From contig JAUPSS010000003.1 of assembly GCA_040285825.1 (NCBI GenBank), forward strand, positions 3,100,001-3,164,000: DNA of 64,000 bases, in the 5' to 3' direction. The translations under genes were made by a program, and so were the position numbers. Below, piece after piece: positions 1-11,499 of this stretch. Source of the DNA: Eukaryota sp. TZLM1-RC (taxonomy: Eukaryota; Protista; Metamonada: BaSk clade). Position 1 is the stretch's first letter; the number at the start of each line of letters is the position of its first letter. The notes below the pieces were generated by a model, which was not told where the DNA came from, did not search any database, and saw nothing but the letters and a program-made list of their open reading frames with translations.

Positions 1-649
1 AAGTTTTATAAAATACAATGGACTTAATACGTTTTGTTTTCTCCAAGGACTAGACTATATGTACGTTTAAACAACTATTTCTTTGTCATCTTGTTGAAAG
101 AAACTTTTAGTATTGGCTTAATATCTGTGATTCTTATATTGTATATTGTATGACCTTTTGAGTTTCCACGAATCAGCGTAAAGATTATGAAATATACCTT
201 TACTTCAAATGAACTGGTTTGGCTTGAATAGTACATATTTATTGAATAAATTTGTCAACTTTGATCATCACAAAAGAAATAACAACACCAAAAAATTTCA
301 TTGAAACTTCCCTAAACATTTTTGGCATATTGAAACTAATGTATCAATTAACTAAACTATTAATGGTAATCTATTGATTATGGTAATTTCGATACAGGAT
401 TTTTATCGTTTGGTATTGTTTTATTCAAACTCTAATGCAGAATCACACTTCCAATATTTCAAAGTCTTACCTCATCTTTATTCATCCTCCATAACCGCAA
501 ACTTCGTAGATTTTATTGAGGTTAACTTAAGGTTTTTCAGCACGAAGTACTCAAATGTGAATTTTCCTGGATCCAATTACATCTTGAGTCGAATTGAGTT
601 CGTGCTTGGGTTAGAGTCGTGTGAGAGTCAGATAGCAACTTGAATTTTC

Positions 650-925
650 AATGCTGTTATAGACCAACTATATGCTATGTGCAAAAGTCATCACATTCAG
701 AAGTTTAATAAAAGAAGGAGCGGGAAAAGAATTGAACTTCAATTTCTGGCAAAATAGAATTGTTTTCAGTATTCTCAAAGCAATTCCAGAAATATTGACA
801 AAAGCACTGTTACAATTAGGCATAGAATATGAAAACCGCGCGCTTAAAAGAAGATTTGATGAGCTTGGACGAGTGTATTGAGGAAATTGAGTTCTAGTTT
901 TTTTATTGTTTTGTTAGAGTTGGAA
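650..925 (+). mobile_element. Non-LTR retrotransposon family A (CRE-like, RLE endonuclease), internally deleted 3' fragment
   Basis: DQLYAMCKS..H is joined directly to RSLIKE...WQNRIVFSILKAI. Both halves match the longer copy at about 50285-50850. Boundaries approximate. Confidence 0.8.
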
Positions 926-945
926 TATTATAGCAGTATGATAAT

Positions 946-1509
946 AGGAATTTCGTGTATCAAAGAGCCCCTGCTGAAGGAAACACTTTCTCTGAATAAT
1001 TATGGTTCTGATGATAGAGGTGATGTATACTGTGATTGGATTGATAATTCTGAAGCTATTGTTGACTTTGTCTCATGGAATGTTGCAAATGATACTTTGG
1101 TTCACAGAAGTAAACTTAATCCTGTGACTGCTCTTGATTTTAAAGCAAATGAGAAACATAGAAAATATGATAAAGATATTGAAGAAGCTAATGTCGATAG
1201 AAATACACAGCTGGTTTTTATTGCTTTCCCATTTTCGATAAATAAAAGATTATCAGATGAAGCAGAAACTTTTTTGAATGACTTCCAAAAAATGGTGCAA
1301 GAAAAAACAATGAAAAGATTTGATATTTTTTTGGCGTTCACGGATTCAATTTGCCATTATTAATAGATTATCTCGGTTTTTCAGTCGAATAAGAGAAGCT
1401 TTAGCTAGACAGCAAGCAGATCAAGATTTTGTAGAGGAAATCTTGGTTCAATGATAGTCGTCCCATTAGTTATGAGTTAATTTAATTAAGTGTGCAAATT
1501 CAATAAATA
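946..1509 (+). mobile_element. Non-LTR retrotransposon family B, 5'-truncated copy with 3' end
   Basis: KEP...RGD...D..K..KY RLE motifs and a C-terminus ending ARQQADQDFVEEILVQ*. The 3' UTR cgtcccattagttatgag...gtgtgcaaattcaataaa recurs many times in the window. Confidence 0.85.
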
Positions 1510-1719
1510 GATCTTTCTAAAAAACAATTCAAAAATACAAAGAATCATTGTATTTGTGTACTTCAAGTATGCAAAAAACAACTGATTCGACATCAATAAT
1601 CGGCGTATTGTACTTAGTATATTTACTTAGTTATTCATCATCTACTATTGTAGAATGAGTTGATGTTATAGAAATTAACCAAAGTTATATCCATCTGATG
1701 CAATTCGTCAGTCAGGTTC

Positions 1720-2680
1720 TTTTTAGGCAAACATGATGAAATCTCCAAACAATTATTTGAAAAATTGCATATTCTTTCTGACAAAATTGACCAAATGATG
1801 AAATTGGAAGTGCAGAAATCTATTACATTTATCATAATGAAACTCTGTTATAATTCAAATTTCAATCATATATTTCGATCTATGAATCCTCCTACTCTAG
1901 ACCTGTGGCCCAAAAGTTTATTGAAGTGCGTGCTAAAATATTGTTTCAACTGATAGGTTGTAAAATGTAACAAATTCCAGATCATGCATATCTAAGTCCA
2001 CAATGTGTTGGTTAGGCTGAACTAAAGCCTCTATTCTTACTTCATGTGCTTTTATTGGTGGATGCACAAATGCAATAATTGAGTTTTCTGAAAGGTTTGC
2101 GGATTGGGAAGATTTATTAATGACAACCGAAAGTTCATCTATTTTTTCTTTAAAGGAAGAATCTTTAAAAATTGATACTGAAACATGCAATCGATGCTTT
2201 CCCCAATTCATTCAATGGTAATATTCTGGACACAAATTATTTGAATTTAAAATACACGCTTTGAACATTACAAAAACGAATAACTGAAATGTTCAATGAT
2301 GATCTTTTCAAAAATTTATGCAGCTCAGCTGTTTTAGATCAAGATCTTGATTTCATTATTATTAGAAAAAGGTCTGTGCGAGGATAAGTCATCAGACTCA
2401 TCACTATTTGTCACCATTGTACCACGAAGGTTTGGGATATGTGTCTATTATGCAGCTTTTGTAACAAAAATGAGATTATATGTGAATATTCCCATTAATC
2501 AATTATTATTAAAAGAAAAATGTATTTGTATCAATTCATCACAGCTCACTTCGCGCCATGCTTTAAATTGTTCCAAATTCAAAATTTATCTTCCCTCATT
2601 ACATGATGGTGTCAGTTTTTAATATGGTTAAAAATGAAGGAATCTAAAGTATTAAAGAGCCTTGGCTCAGAGAAACACTT
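1720..2680 (+). mobile_element. Non-LTR family B internal fragment (RT C-terminal region to CCHC finger), degraded
   Basis: KLCYNS..NHIFRS; FVTIVPRRFG; CIC...RHALNC; SLHD. Collinear with the copy at 40715-41820 (-). Confidence 0.8.
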
Positions 2681-2936
2681 GTTTATCTAATAATGAAACA
2701 TTTGGGCAATTTGATATCTAACCCTATTTGTTGGGACAAAGTAACGAAATGCTGTAATCCTTGCTGTAAAAGGGACAAAGGACCAATAAGTGACAAATCT
2801 TCTGCATAAGCACATAAATGAATGTCAGGAAAATCCATCTTGAATTTTGCTGAAACTGATATAAATGAATAGAATTAAAGAAGCAATGGTGAGAAAACTA
2901 TCCAAACTGTCAGTTGCATACCGGTAGTGAATGTAA

Positions 2937-2980
2937 TCGCATATGGTGTAGTGGCTAGCATTAGTGTCTTTCACATACTA
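2937..2980 (+). pseudogene. 5' 44 nt of tRNA-Glu(TTC) fused to the family B 3' terminus
   Basis: Identical to 7924-7967. Immediately followed (2981-3010) by atttaattaagtgtgcaaattcaataaata, the family B end. Confidence 0.85.
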
Positions 2981-3141
2981 ATTTAATTAAGTGTGCAAAT
3001 TCAATAAATACAAATGCATTAGAGTTGGAAATAAAATATTGTTTTAAAAAAATTTCGAGTTAAGCTTATCACTTCTTTCTAAAGCCTTCTAGCTTCTCTT
3101 ATACGATCAACATACCATTAAATTGGGTTTCCATTTACCTA

Positions 3142-6100
3142 ATGGATCCTGAAAGCCCGTATGACCAGGCTTCATGGTTTCGACGACTTACCTTTGGTTA
3201 TATTAACAGTACTATATCACAGGGACGCCGTAACTTGTTAAAACCTGCAGATCTTCCCCCGAAGCCTCCACTGCGTAATGATGTCTCAGCTGTGGAAGGA
3301 CGCTTTTATAGCGCATGGCAATTCCATGATAGTGGTGATCCCCTCTCTTTAACTCCAGCTAAATCGTTATCCAGAACACTTCGACGAACGTTCAAAAACC
3401 AATTCATCAGTGCTGGAATGCCTCACTTCATCCGTGAAGCCATCTCAGTTGCCCTCACACTCATCATTAACCTCTTCATTCGTTCATTTGAAGAAGACTC
3501 TTCTCTAAGGACCCAGACCACCTTGGCAATCATTCTCATCTCATCAATTCTTCTCAACGGCTTTCTTAACACTTCCTTTGTCCTCAACTCTCACCGTTTG
3601 TCTCTTGATGTGCGCTCCTCTCTCACAAATTCTGTCTACAACAAGATCCTTCAGCTTTCCAATGCCGGACTCTCACTACTGGGTGCAGGGAGAATCACCA
3701 ATGTCGTCAGCCAAGATGTAGAAAGTCTGTACTTTGCTGTTCAAAGTATTTTCTTTTTAATTACTGGTCCTTTTAGGCTATTACTTTCAATTGGTTTATT
3801 ATTATTTTTTGCCGGAACTTCTCTTTTATTTGGATTAATTATTCCATTATTTTCATTTCCATTATTAATGATTACCGCTAAAAAAATGATGAAATTCCGT
3901 CGTCAAGCTTTAATGTCTGCTGATAAACGTGTTAAGCTTACCACCGAGATCATCAATGGAATCAAGTCTGTCAAGATGGGTGCATATGAAGATAGCATGA
4001 GGACCAGAGTGGAAGAGAAGAGAGACGAGGAATTGAAAGCCATGAAGGGATTGGCAATACTAAGGGGAGTTTTGTTTTCTATTCTATTCACCCAACCTGT
4101 TTTGATGACTATAATTATCTTGTTTGTGCAAGTCAATAGTGGCCAGGATTTGGTTGCTTCGACTACCTTCACCACTATTAATCTTTTAATGCAGCTTTCA
4201 ATGCCATTGGTATCACTCAGTACGGCTGTGGCGAGATTGTCTGAAGCAAAGGTGTCTATAAAAAGATTGGAGGCTATCTTGACCTCGGAAGAAGTCAATG
4301 AAATTCAAGCAAAGGTTCAAAATGTTGATGATGATGACGTGTTGGTTGATGTTGATAATGGGACCTTTAGTTATGAATTGCTTCGCAAACCTTCAGACAC
4401 CTTACTAAAAACATTAAAAGATAAAAACAATGAGCAAGACACAGCTTTCTCCCCAGATTCACCTTTCACTCTTTCAAATATTAATTTTACATTAAAAAAA
4501 GGAGAATTCTACTTAATCAATGGAAAAGTTGCTTCAGGAAAAACCTCTTTTCTCTCTTCTTTACTAGGAGAATTACGTTGCAAACAAGGAACTCTTCACC
4601 ATAACTCCAATTTAATCTTAAATTATGCAACCCAAAACCCTTGGCTCTTGAACACTACAATTAAAGGTAACATTATAATGCACGAGGATGATGATGACGT
4701 TCTCTATTCCCGTGTGATTGATTGTTGCTCTTTGTTACCTGATTTAGAACAACTCGGCAGTGGTGATTTGACCTTTGTTGGTGAGCAAGGTGTTTCACTG
4801 AGTGGTGGACAAAAAGCCCGAGTTGCTCTAGCAAGAACCATCTACCAGTCCATTGCAAAGTCCAGAAGGGGAATTTCAGTTGCCACCCTCTTAGATGACC
4901 CTATTGCTGCAGTTGATGTCAAATCCGCTCGACATATTCTTCAGAACTGTCTGTTGCTGATGAAGGAAAGTGGTATTTCTGTTGTTTTGGCAACTCATCA
5001 TGTTTCGTTAGTTCAGCAGGTAGCTGGTATTTTTAATTTCAATGTTGTTTTATTGGATGATGGTAAAATAGTAGCCAATGGGAGCTTTTCGGAAATGGAA
5101 TCTCATCCATATTTTAGACAATTAATTGAACAAAGCTCAGAAATCGAAGCAGAAGGTCAAAATGTTGTAGATGATGACGTGACTGTTGATGTGACTGATA
5201 AACCTGCCACGTCAGCACCTTCCAAATCCAGCGAAGTCATCACTGGAGAAGATGAAGAAAAACAATCTATTGGTAAAGTCAAATGGTCTGTCTTTGGTAA
5301 ATATTTCAATGCCTTGGGAGGCCTTCCTCGTGTTGTCATCATTGCTGTCCTCTTCATTGCTATGCAAGCCTTCTCGGCTTTATCAGATCTGTCTTTAAGT
5401 TCCTTTTTGGACGGTGATATTCAAACTTTGGCGGGTTTTATGCGGTCTGTGGGGCTTTATAGGCTGCTAAACGCATTTTTCTCTATTATATCCTTAGTTT
5501 CTTTATCATTAATCATGTTAAAGGCTAGTAGAAATCTTCATTCGTATTTACTTCGAGGGATTTTTGCTGCACCCATTTCATTTTTTGAGCGTACTCCTTT
5601 AGGAAGAATTCAAAATAGATTTAGTAGAGATCTTGGTTCAGCTGATACTAACTTGGCCATGGCCTTTAACTTTGGCATGACTACATATCTTTCAGTCATT
5701 GCTTCTACGGTGGTTATTGTGTTGTCAATTCCTAATTTTGTGTTTGTATTGCCTATTGCGTTTTTCTTTTTCTTTATTGTTCAACAATATTATAGAGCGA
5801 CATCACGTCAACTCGCAAGACTTCAAGCGACTCTTAAAAGCCCTGTCTTTTCCACTATTTCTGAGACGTTGAGTGGTATGTCGGTAATTAGATCGGGTAA
5901 AATGAACGATTCTTTTATTACTAAATTTAAAACAAACCTCAACAAGGCCATTGCTAGTTCATTTCATTTGATCTCTGCTAATTGCTGGTTATCGCTTAGA
6001 TTGTCTTTTCTTTCTAGTTTCTGTTTGATTTCAATTTGTGCATTTTTAATTTATTTCGAATTAAGTCCTGCCACTGCTGGTCTTACCATCACCCATACCC

Positions 6101-7023
6101 TGAATCTTTTGTTTTTGCTACAGTTTGTGGTACAAGCTACAACAGAACTGGAAAACTCAATGAGTTCAGTAGAGAGGGTGCTTGAATATGCTGAATTACC
6201 ATCAGAAGAATACTTTCCACCCGGAAGTCGCGGGAAGTCTTTGGACAGTTGGCCCAACAAAGGGGACATTGTTTTCGAAAATGTGTCTGTGCAATATGGA
6301 AATGGTGGACCCCAAGCACTCAAAGACTTTAATTTACAAGTAAAGGCTGGTGAAAAGGTCGGAATTATTGGAAAATCTGGTGCGGGCAAAAGTACCCTTT
6401 TCGCCAGTTTGTTTTTAACTGTCCGACCATCACCAATGTCGAAGATTTATGTTGATGACGTTGACATTACTACAGTACCCTTATCCTTGTTGAGGACTCA
6501 AATAGCGGCCATTCCTCAAGATCCAATGTTGATCAGTGGAACCATAAGGGATAATGTTGATTTAAAAGGCGAGCTTTCTGATGACGTAATTATTGAACTG
6601 TTGACACGTGTTCAATTGACTGAATTTGCGTCAGATTCTGGTATACACAAATCCGTGGAAGAAAATGGAGGAAACCTTAGCTCTGGTCAACGACAGCTGA
6701 TCGTTTGTGCAAGAGCCTTGGGTAGGAATTGCAAGGTGTTTGTTCTTGATGAAGCCAGTAGTTCAGTGGATTTCACTGCAGATAACCATTTACAACAAGT
6801 TCTAAGGGAATCATGTGGTGGTGCTACTGTCATCACCATTGCCCATAGATTGGATACCATTATTTCTTATGACAGAATTGTTGTATTAAAGGATGGTGAA
6901 ATTGTGGAAGTAGGGAATCCGAGACGATTGTTGGAAGAGGAATCTGTTTTTTCCGAGTTTGTGGCTGAGATGGGCTCTGAGCAAAGCGCCAGGCTTTATA
7001 GATTGGCCAGTGAATTTGATTAG
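3142..7023 (+). CDS. ABC transporter, subfamily C (MRP-like, TMD-NBD-TMD-NBD), intronless
   Basis: Walker A GKVASGKT and GKSGAGKS; signatures LSGGQKAR and LSSGQRQL; FFERTPLGRIQNRFSRD; SVERVLEY. Confidence 0.97.
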   Translation: MDPESPYDQASWFRRLTFGYINSTISQGRRNLLKPADLPPKPPLRNDVSAVEGRFYSAWQFHDSGDPLSLTPAKSLSRTLRRTFKNQFISAGMPHFIREAISVALTLIINLFIRSFEEDSSLRTQTTLAIILISSILLNGFLNTSFVLNSHRLSLDVRSSLTNSVYNKILQLSNAGLSLLGAGRITNVVSQDVESLYFAVQSIFFLITGPFRLLLSIGLLLFFAGTSLLFGLIIPLFSFPLLMITAKKMMKFRRQALMSADKRVKLTTEIINGIKSVKMGAYEDSMRTRVEEKRDEELKAMKGLAILRGVLFSILFTQPVLMTIIILFVQVNSGQDLVASTTFTTINLLMQLSMPLVSLSTAVARLSEAKVSIKRLEAILTSEEVNEIQAKVQNVDDDDVLVDVDNGTFSYELLRKPSDTLLKTLKDKNNEQDTAFSPDSPFTLSNINFTLKKGEFYLINGKVASGKTSFLSSLLGELRCKQGTLHHNSNLILNYATQNPWLLNTTIKGNIIMHEDDDDVLYSRVIDCCSLLPDLEQLGSGDLTFVGEQGVSLSGGQKARVALARTIYQSIAKSRRGISVATLLDDPIAAVDVKSARHILQNCLLLMKESGISVVLATHHVSLVQQVAGIFNFNVVLLDDGKIVANGSFSEMESHPYFRQLIEQSSEIEAEGQNVVDDDVTVDVTDKPATSAPSKSSEVITGEDEEKQSIGKVKWSVFGKYFNALGGLPRVVIIAVLFIAMQAFSALSDLSLSSFLDGDIQTLAGFMRSVGLYRLLNAFFSIISLVSLSLIMLKASRNLHSYLLRGIFAAPISFFERTPLGRIQNRFSRDLGSADTNLAMAFNFGMTTYLSVIASTVVIVLSIPNFVFVLPIAFFFFFIVQQYYRATSRQLARLQATLKSPVFSTISETLSGMSVIRSGKMNDSFITKFKTNLNKAIASSFHLISANCWLSLRLSFLSSFCLISICAFLIYFELSPATAGLTITHTLNLLFLLQFVVQATTELENSMSSVERVLEYAELPSEEYFPPGSRGKSLDSWPNKGDIVFENVSVQYGNGGPQALKDFNLQVKAGEKVGIIGKSGAGKSTLFASLFLTVRPSPMSKIYVDDVDITTVPLSLLRTQIAAIPQDPMLISGTIRDNVDLKGELSDDVIIELLTRVQLTEFASDSGIHKSVEENGGNLSSGQRQLIVCARALGRNCKVFVLDEASSSVDFTADNHLQQVLRESCGGATVITIAHRLDTIISYDRIVVLKDGEIVEVGNPRRLLEEESVFSEFVAEMGSEQSARLYRLASEFD

Positions 7024-7923
7024 TCTGAATTTGGTATGTGTTTATTAGTTAGTTTTATAAATATTATTTTTTTTATTCAATCTATTAATGGCCATGACAA
7101 CCAGTAGTTTTGTCATGGGGTTGTGACATTTTTCAGTTTGTGTCTCTAAAATCTTGACATCCCTAAAAATCTCAATAAAGAATTTGCTTTTTCGAACTAG
7201 GTGTGTTAAGTTTGTTTGAGAACACGATCAAAAACGCAACTGTTCATACTAAGGTTTTAAAGATGTTATAAGTGCCAACACCAAAATCGTTGCAAAATCA
7301 ATTTCTTTCAGGTAAACAAGTATTATAGGCTTGAAGGCACAACCTTTTTAGGGATTAATTAAGAAAGTTTTGAATAAAGACCTGGTAATAAGATTATATT
7401 TTGTATACTATGTTGTAATGCCCAGGTATGATTATATCTAATCCATTTTTATTTTTTATTTAATTTTTAATTTTTAATTGTATTTTACTTTTATTTTCTT
7501 TTGTTTTTACTTTTATTTTTAATTCTTAATAATCCTTCATAATCAAATGTTGAATTCATCATTTTCTCCTTAACCTGGCACTTCAACTAACCAAAAACAC
7601 TACAGAGATAGCTGAACCATTTTCTTGACTACTTCTAACATTAAGTCTATCATGTTGACCTTTGGCTCTTAAATTGTAATATTGTAAACTTTGTCAAAAG
7701 ATCCCACAATTCCCAATTATGATATATTGCACACGTAAAACCAGCTTTTACAAGATTAAAAAGAAGTTTCAAAAAAGAAAATTCCATATTGTTTTGCCGT
7801 CGTTGTTTTACTACTCTCATAGATTTCGCTTTACGCTTGATCTGTTCTTCACTTCCCTCTTTCTATTTTTATACAACTTGATGCAACTACAGACCTTTTT
7901 TCGTAAACCAATGGTAAGTGTAA

Positions 7924-7995
7924 TCGCATATGGTGTAGTGGCTAGCATTAGTGTCTTTCACATACTAGACCCGGGTTCGATTCCCGGTATGCGAA
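7924..7995 (+). tRNA. tRNA-Glu (anticodon TTC)
   Basis: Cloverleaf: TCGCATA/TATGCGA acceptor stem, AGTGT-CTTTCAC-ATACT anticodon arm, CCGGG-TTCGATT-CCCGG T arm. Oligo-T Pol III terminator follows. Confidence 0.95.
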
Positions 7996-8284
7996 ATTTT
8001 TTCATTTTCTAATTTCTCTAACATGGAGAATTCCTCACAAAGTTGTGGTAGCCAAAGCTGCCATGAAATATTTCGATGCATTTGATGTATTCACAATTCT
8101 GAATCTGTGGTGAAAATGATGTTGAAAAATCTTATAACAATCACTGATTAAATTTGGTGAAATAAAATGTAAGTCCTTTTATTTATTTACATACCATCAA
8201 TCATTGGTGCCTTTTTTCATAAATGTAAGTCGTAACAAATTTTATTCCATGAATAGCAGATCTCAATATAATGTCCTTGATAAT

Positions 8285-8405
8285 TGTAGGTATCTCACTA
8301 GTGAGTACCTAAGTATATAGAATAACATTAAATAAAATTATCTTTATCTTAACCCGCCTTAACTAACCCATACATACACAGCTAGCATAATGCCTAACGG
8401 CAACA
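8285..8405 (+). repeat. 5' LTR of the Gypsy element
   Basis: Direct repeat of 15050-15170; starts TG, ends CA. Confidence 0.95.
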
Positions 8406-8586
8406 ATAATTATTGTGCGTCACAGGCACACCAAACAGCAAACAGCAACAGCGCTGTAAACGACAAAAAGATGTCTGGGGTATGTCAGACATCTTTCAGA
8501 GGAGACCCTTCTAACCCTCCTCTTCACATTATTTCGAGTACAATGAGTGCTCCAACAAAGGAACCGAGTACCCCTCCTTCCTCAAC

Positions 8587-8857
8587 GAGTTCGGATGTAG
8601 TTCATCCCACTCCTGGTCAAACGAGTTCGAGTGTTTCACACTCCACTCATGGAACGTTGAGTTCGGGTGCAACCCACCCCACTCCAAACATAGACGAGAG
8701 TTCGAGTGTTTCACACTCCACTCATGGAACGACGAGTTCGGGTGCAACCCACCTCACTCCACATTTATTTAGTTCGGGTCAACACCCCACTATTATTCAT
8801 ACGAGCGGAGATCCTCGACTCCACCTCCAAATCCGAGTTCGGGTCAAAACCCCACTC
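8587..8857 (+). repeat. Tandem array of about 8 stem-loop units (32-39 nt) in the Gypsy 5' region
   Basis: Unit consensus GAGT-TC-G(R)(R)TG-loop-CA(Y)(Y)C-C-ACTC, followed by a variable spacer. Confidence 0.85.
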
Positions 8858-11499
8858 CTAACCTAACTCTTCCGGAGGTAACCCCTCCCAACAACAACGC
8901 CCATTCAACGGCTACCACAGCCTTGACTACGGCCAAAGTCTCGCAGGACAAACCTCCTGCCACTTTCTCAAAAGAAGAAAGTGAGAAACAGGAGCCAACA
9001 GACTTTGTGGAGCCTCTCCCTTCAGATACGTCCCTGTACCCAGACTTAGAATACTGTGTTTCGGTACAAACCTTAAACGAGACTTTAGAAGGATTCAGGG
9101 AAGTTCCCCTCACCTCACAAGTTCGTAAAAACTCTATAGAGCTTCTTGACAAAGAGAGCAAGGAGTTGTCGGGTAGACCTGCTGAACGCAGAATACGACT
9201 ATCCCCACTAGACTCCTCTTATAAATCTATCATGTCCAAGCTTCGAGCTGACAGATTCGATTTTATCGGAAAAAAGGCCACCCTCGACATATATAACTTT
9301 AGAATACGGTGGTTGGAGGTCATGGAGTATGGTCGAGGCTTCTCTAACAATTTGGATGGACCTGAAAACATACACCTCCTCCCAGACTGGTTTAGGCCAG
9401 GTCTGGACAAAATTTATGAAGTCAACAGCATATCTGGAGTGGATTATACGGTAGTAAGAGAGGTTTACGAATACTACCCTTCGTCATCAAACCCTGATCT
9501 CGTTGAGATGAGACCCGCATCTCAGCCGTTCAGGCTAATTTTCGTCGAACAAGGAGTCACTTTCAAACGAGATCATGCCAACATGAAAACGGCAGTCATC
9601 TCCACATATAGGTCTCCCCCCAATCACCACAATGTACAAATTGGGGACACTTGGGTGAATAACAAGGCTTTCGCCTTCACCCCAATACTAGGTATAGAGG
9701 ATACGCCTTTTCAAAGCATTAGACCTTTCAGGTTATCCATTCAACTCAACATTCAAGAGGAATCGAAACCTCTTCAAAAACTACAAATTGACCAGCTACC
9801 GCAGCCTGGTAATCAGAAGATTTCCATGGACGTCCTCACTATCCAACCATCGGACTCATCTGTCCCAATGGAAGAATCGACCTCACATCAAACAGGTCCA
9901 GGATTGAGCAAACAAGATCTCTCCTCATCTCGATCAGGAACATTAGCCGGAATCCATGATCCACGTCAAGTTCTTGACTTAAATCTACAATCTCACGTTG
10001 GATACCACTATTAAACAAAGGCTGTAGAACAGGATACGCTCCATGAGCCCCCCAGACTCGAGTTTCCAGAAAATCAAATGAAGATAGTACACTTTCTACT
10101 GGAATTCGCTCTCTGGGAAAGTACAGGCAGAGGAGAAACGACAAATGTCGAGAAAATAGAAATGCCTCAAACAAGTTCAGTTCAGCAGCAGAAACAAATT
10201 GCTGATATGGTCAACAGTCTATCTCAGTTACTAGCAATACAAGGAGGTGCTACAACTGAGATACAGCAACAAATAGATTCGTTAAAGTCTCAGCTTGACT
10301 CGCTTCGGACGCCCAAAATTTACAGAATAGACCCCAATTTCATTAACAAAATAGAGCCACCTATTCATGCTTACGACCTTTTTAGGTCCATTTTGGCGAC
10401 GACCAACCCCCTATGAATTTCGGGTTGCATAAGTGCAAGAATCATTTCCTTCTGGAAACAACAGCAGATCCTTAGCATGGAACCTACCGACGCAGAAATT
10501 CTACTGCTTCTTTGTAGGAGGAGCCAATTCAACTCGCTCCATGACGCCAAATTAGCTCTACACAAACCCCAATTCAATTGGCGGAAGGTCAATTCAATCG
10601 AAGACGCGGAAAGGGAGTTTGCTATATACATGGGAAATTTTGGAGACATCCTGAGAATGTCTACATACATCACTGATGTATCAGCTAGGATCGAAGATGT
10701 GGATCACTCGAGTGGAGTATTCACTCTTCCAATGTCAACAGTGGCTCATGCCTTTTTAACAGGCATCAACAACTTGGCTTTCACTGAGCCCCTGTTCGAA
10801 GAATTCTGTAAAGAGAGCTATTGGAAGGACAAGCTAGTGAGCTTCCCCAAATTAACAAGGAAGGTGCGAAATGATTTATTATCATGGATGAAGGTTGCAC
10901 AAAATAGGGACACGGTCCAGCTATTGAGGAAAGCTGCATCCAGACCCAAAATAGAAACAGGTGATTTTCGCACCTCAGCCGGAAAAAAGAGAACAAGCCA
11001 ACCAGATTCATTTACCCCCAACCTTTAAAAAGAAAAACACTACAGAGGAGGCCAAAAGTTCTGTACTTTTTGTCAGAAACCAGGCGATGTAATTGCAGAA
11101 GTAGAAACTCCGGCAGAAGTAGAGGCCGAGGAAGACCATTCAGAGGTAGTTATGATAGTTTCAAAAATATTCACAGAGGCCATAGTAGAGGCCAAGGTAG
11201 ACATAGGGGCCGAGGTGGCCGTGGTACGAGAGGAAATAAACATCGTGCTTATATGTTTCATATACACCAATCATCGCATGCTTCAGCTCCCGAATTGAGC
11301 CATACTTATACAACTAGCCAATCGGAACATTCAGCTCAAGCATACCTCTTAAATCAACTCTCTTTCGGTAATGATAATAAAGTAGATAAGTATTTGAGTT
11401 TAATCAGTTTAGAAAGAGATTTATACAATCGAGCAGATGAACCTGCACCTTGTATGAACCACAACAGATCCAAGCAGCCTCAGTTCTTAGAGCTTCAAG

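Noticed and set aside
3903-6389. Antisense ORFs within the ABC transporter, and similar ones inside other genes
   Set aside because: Shadow ORFs of real coding regions with no independent motifs.
7093-7119. Hairpin ccatgacaa...ttgtcatgg downstream of the ABC gene
   Set aside because: A single 9-bp stem with no second copy or supporting context.
8587-8857. CRISPR array interpretation of the hairpin repeats
   Set aside because: Spacers are only about 10 nt and partly repeated, the repeats vary, there are no cas genes, and the array lies inside a eukaryotic LTR element.
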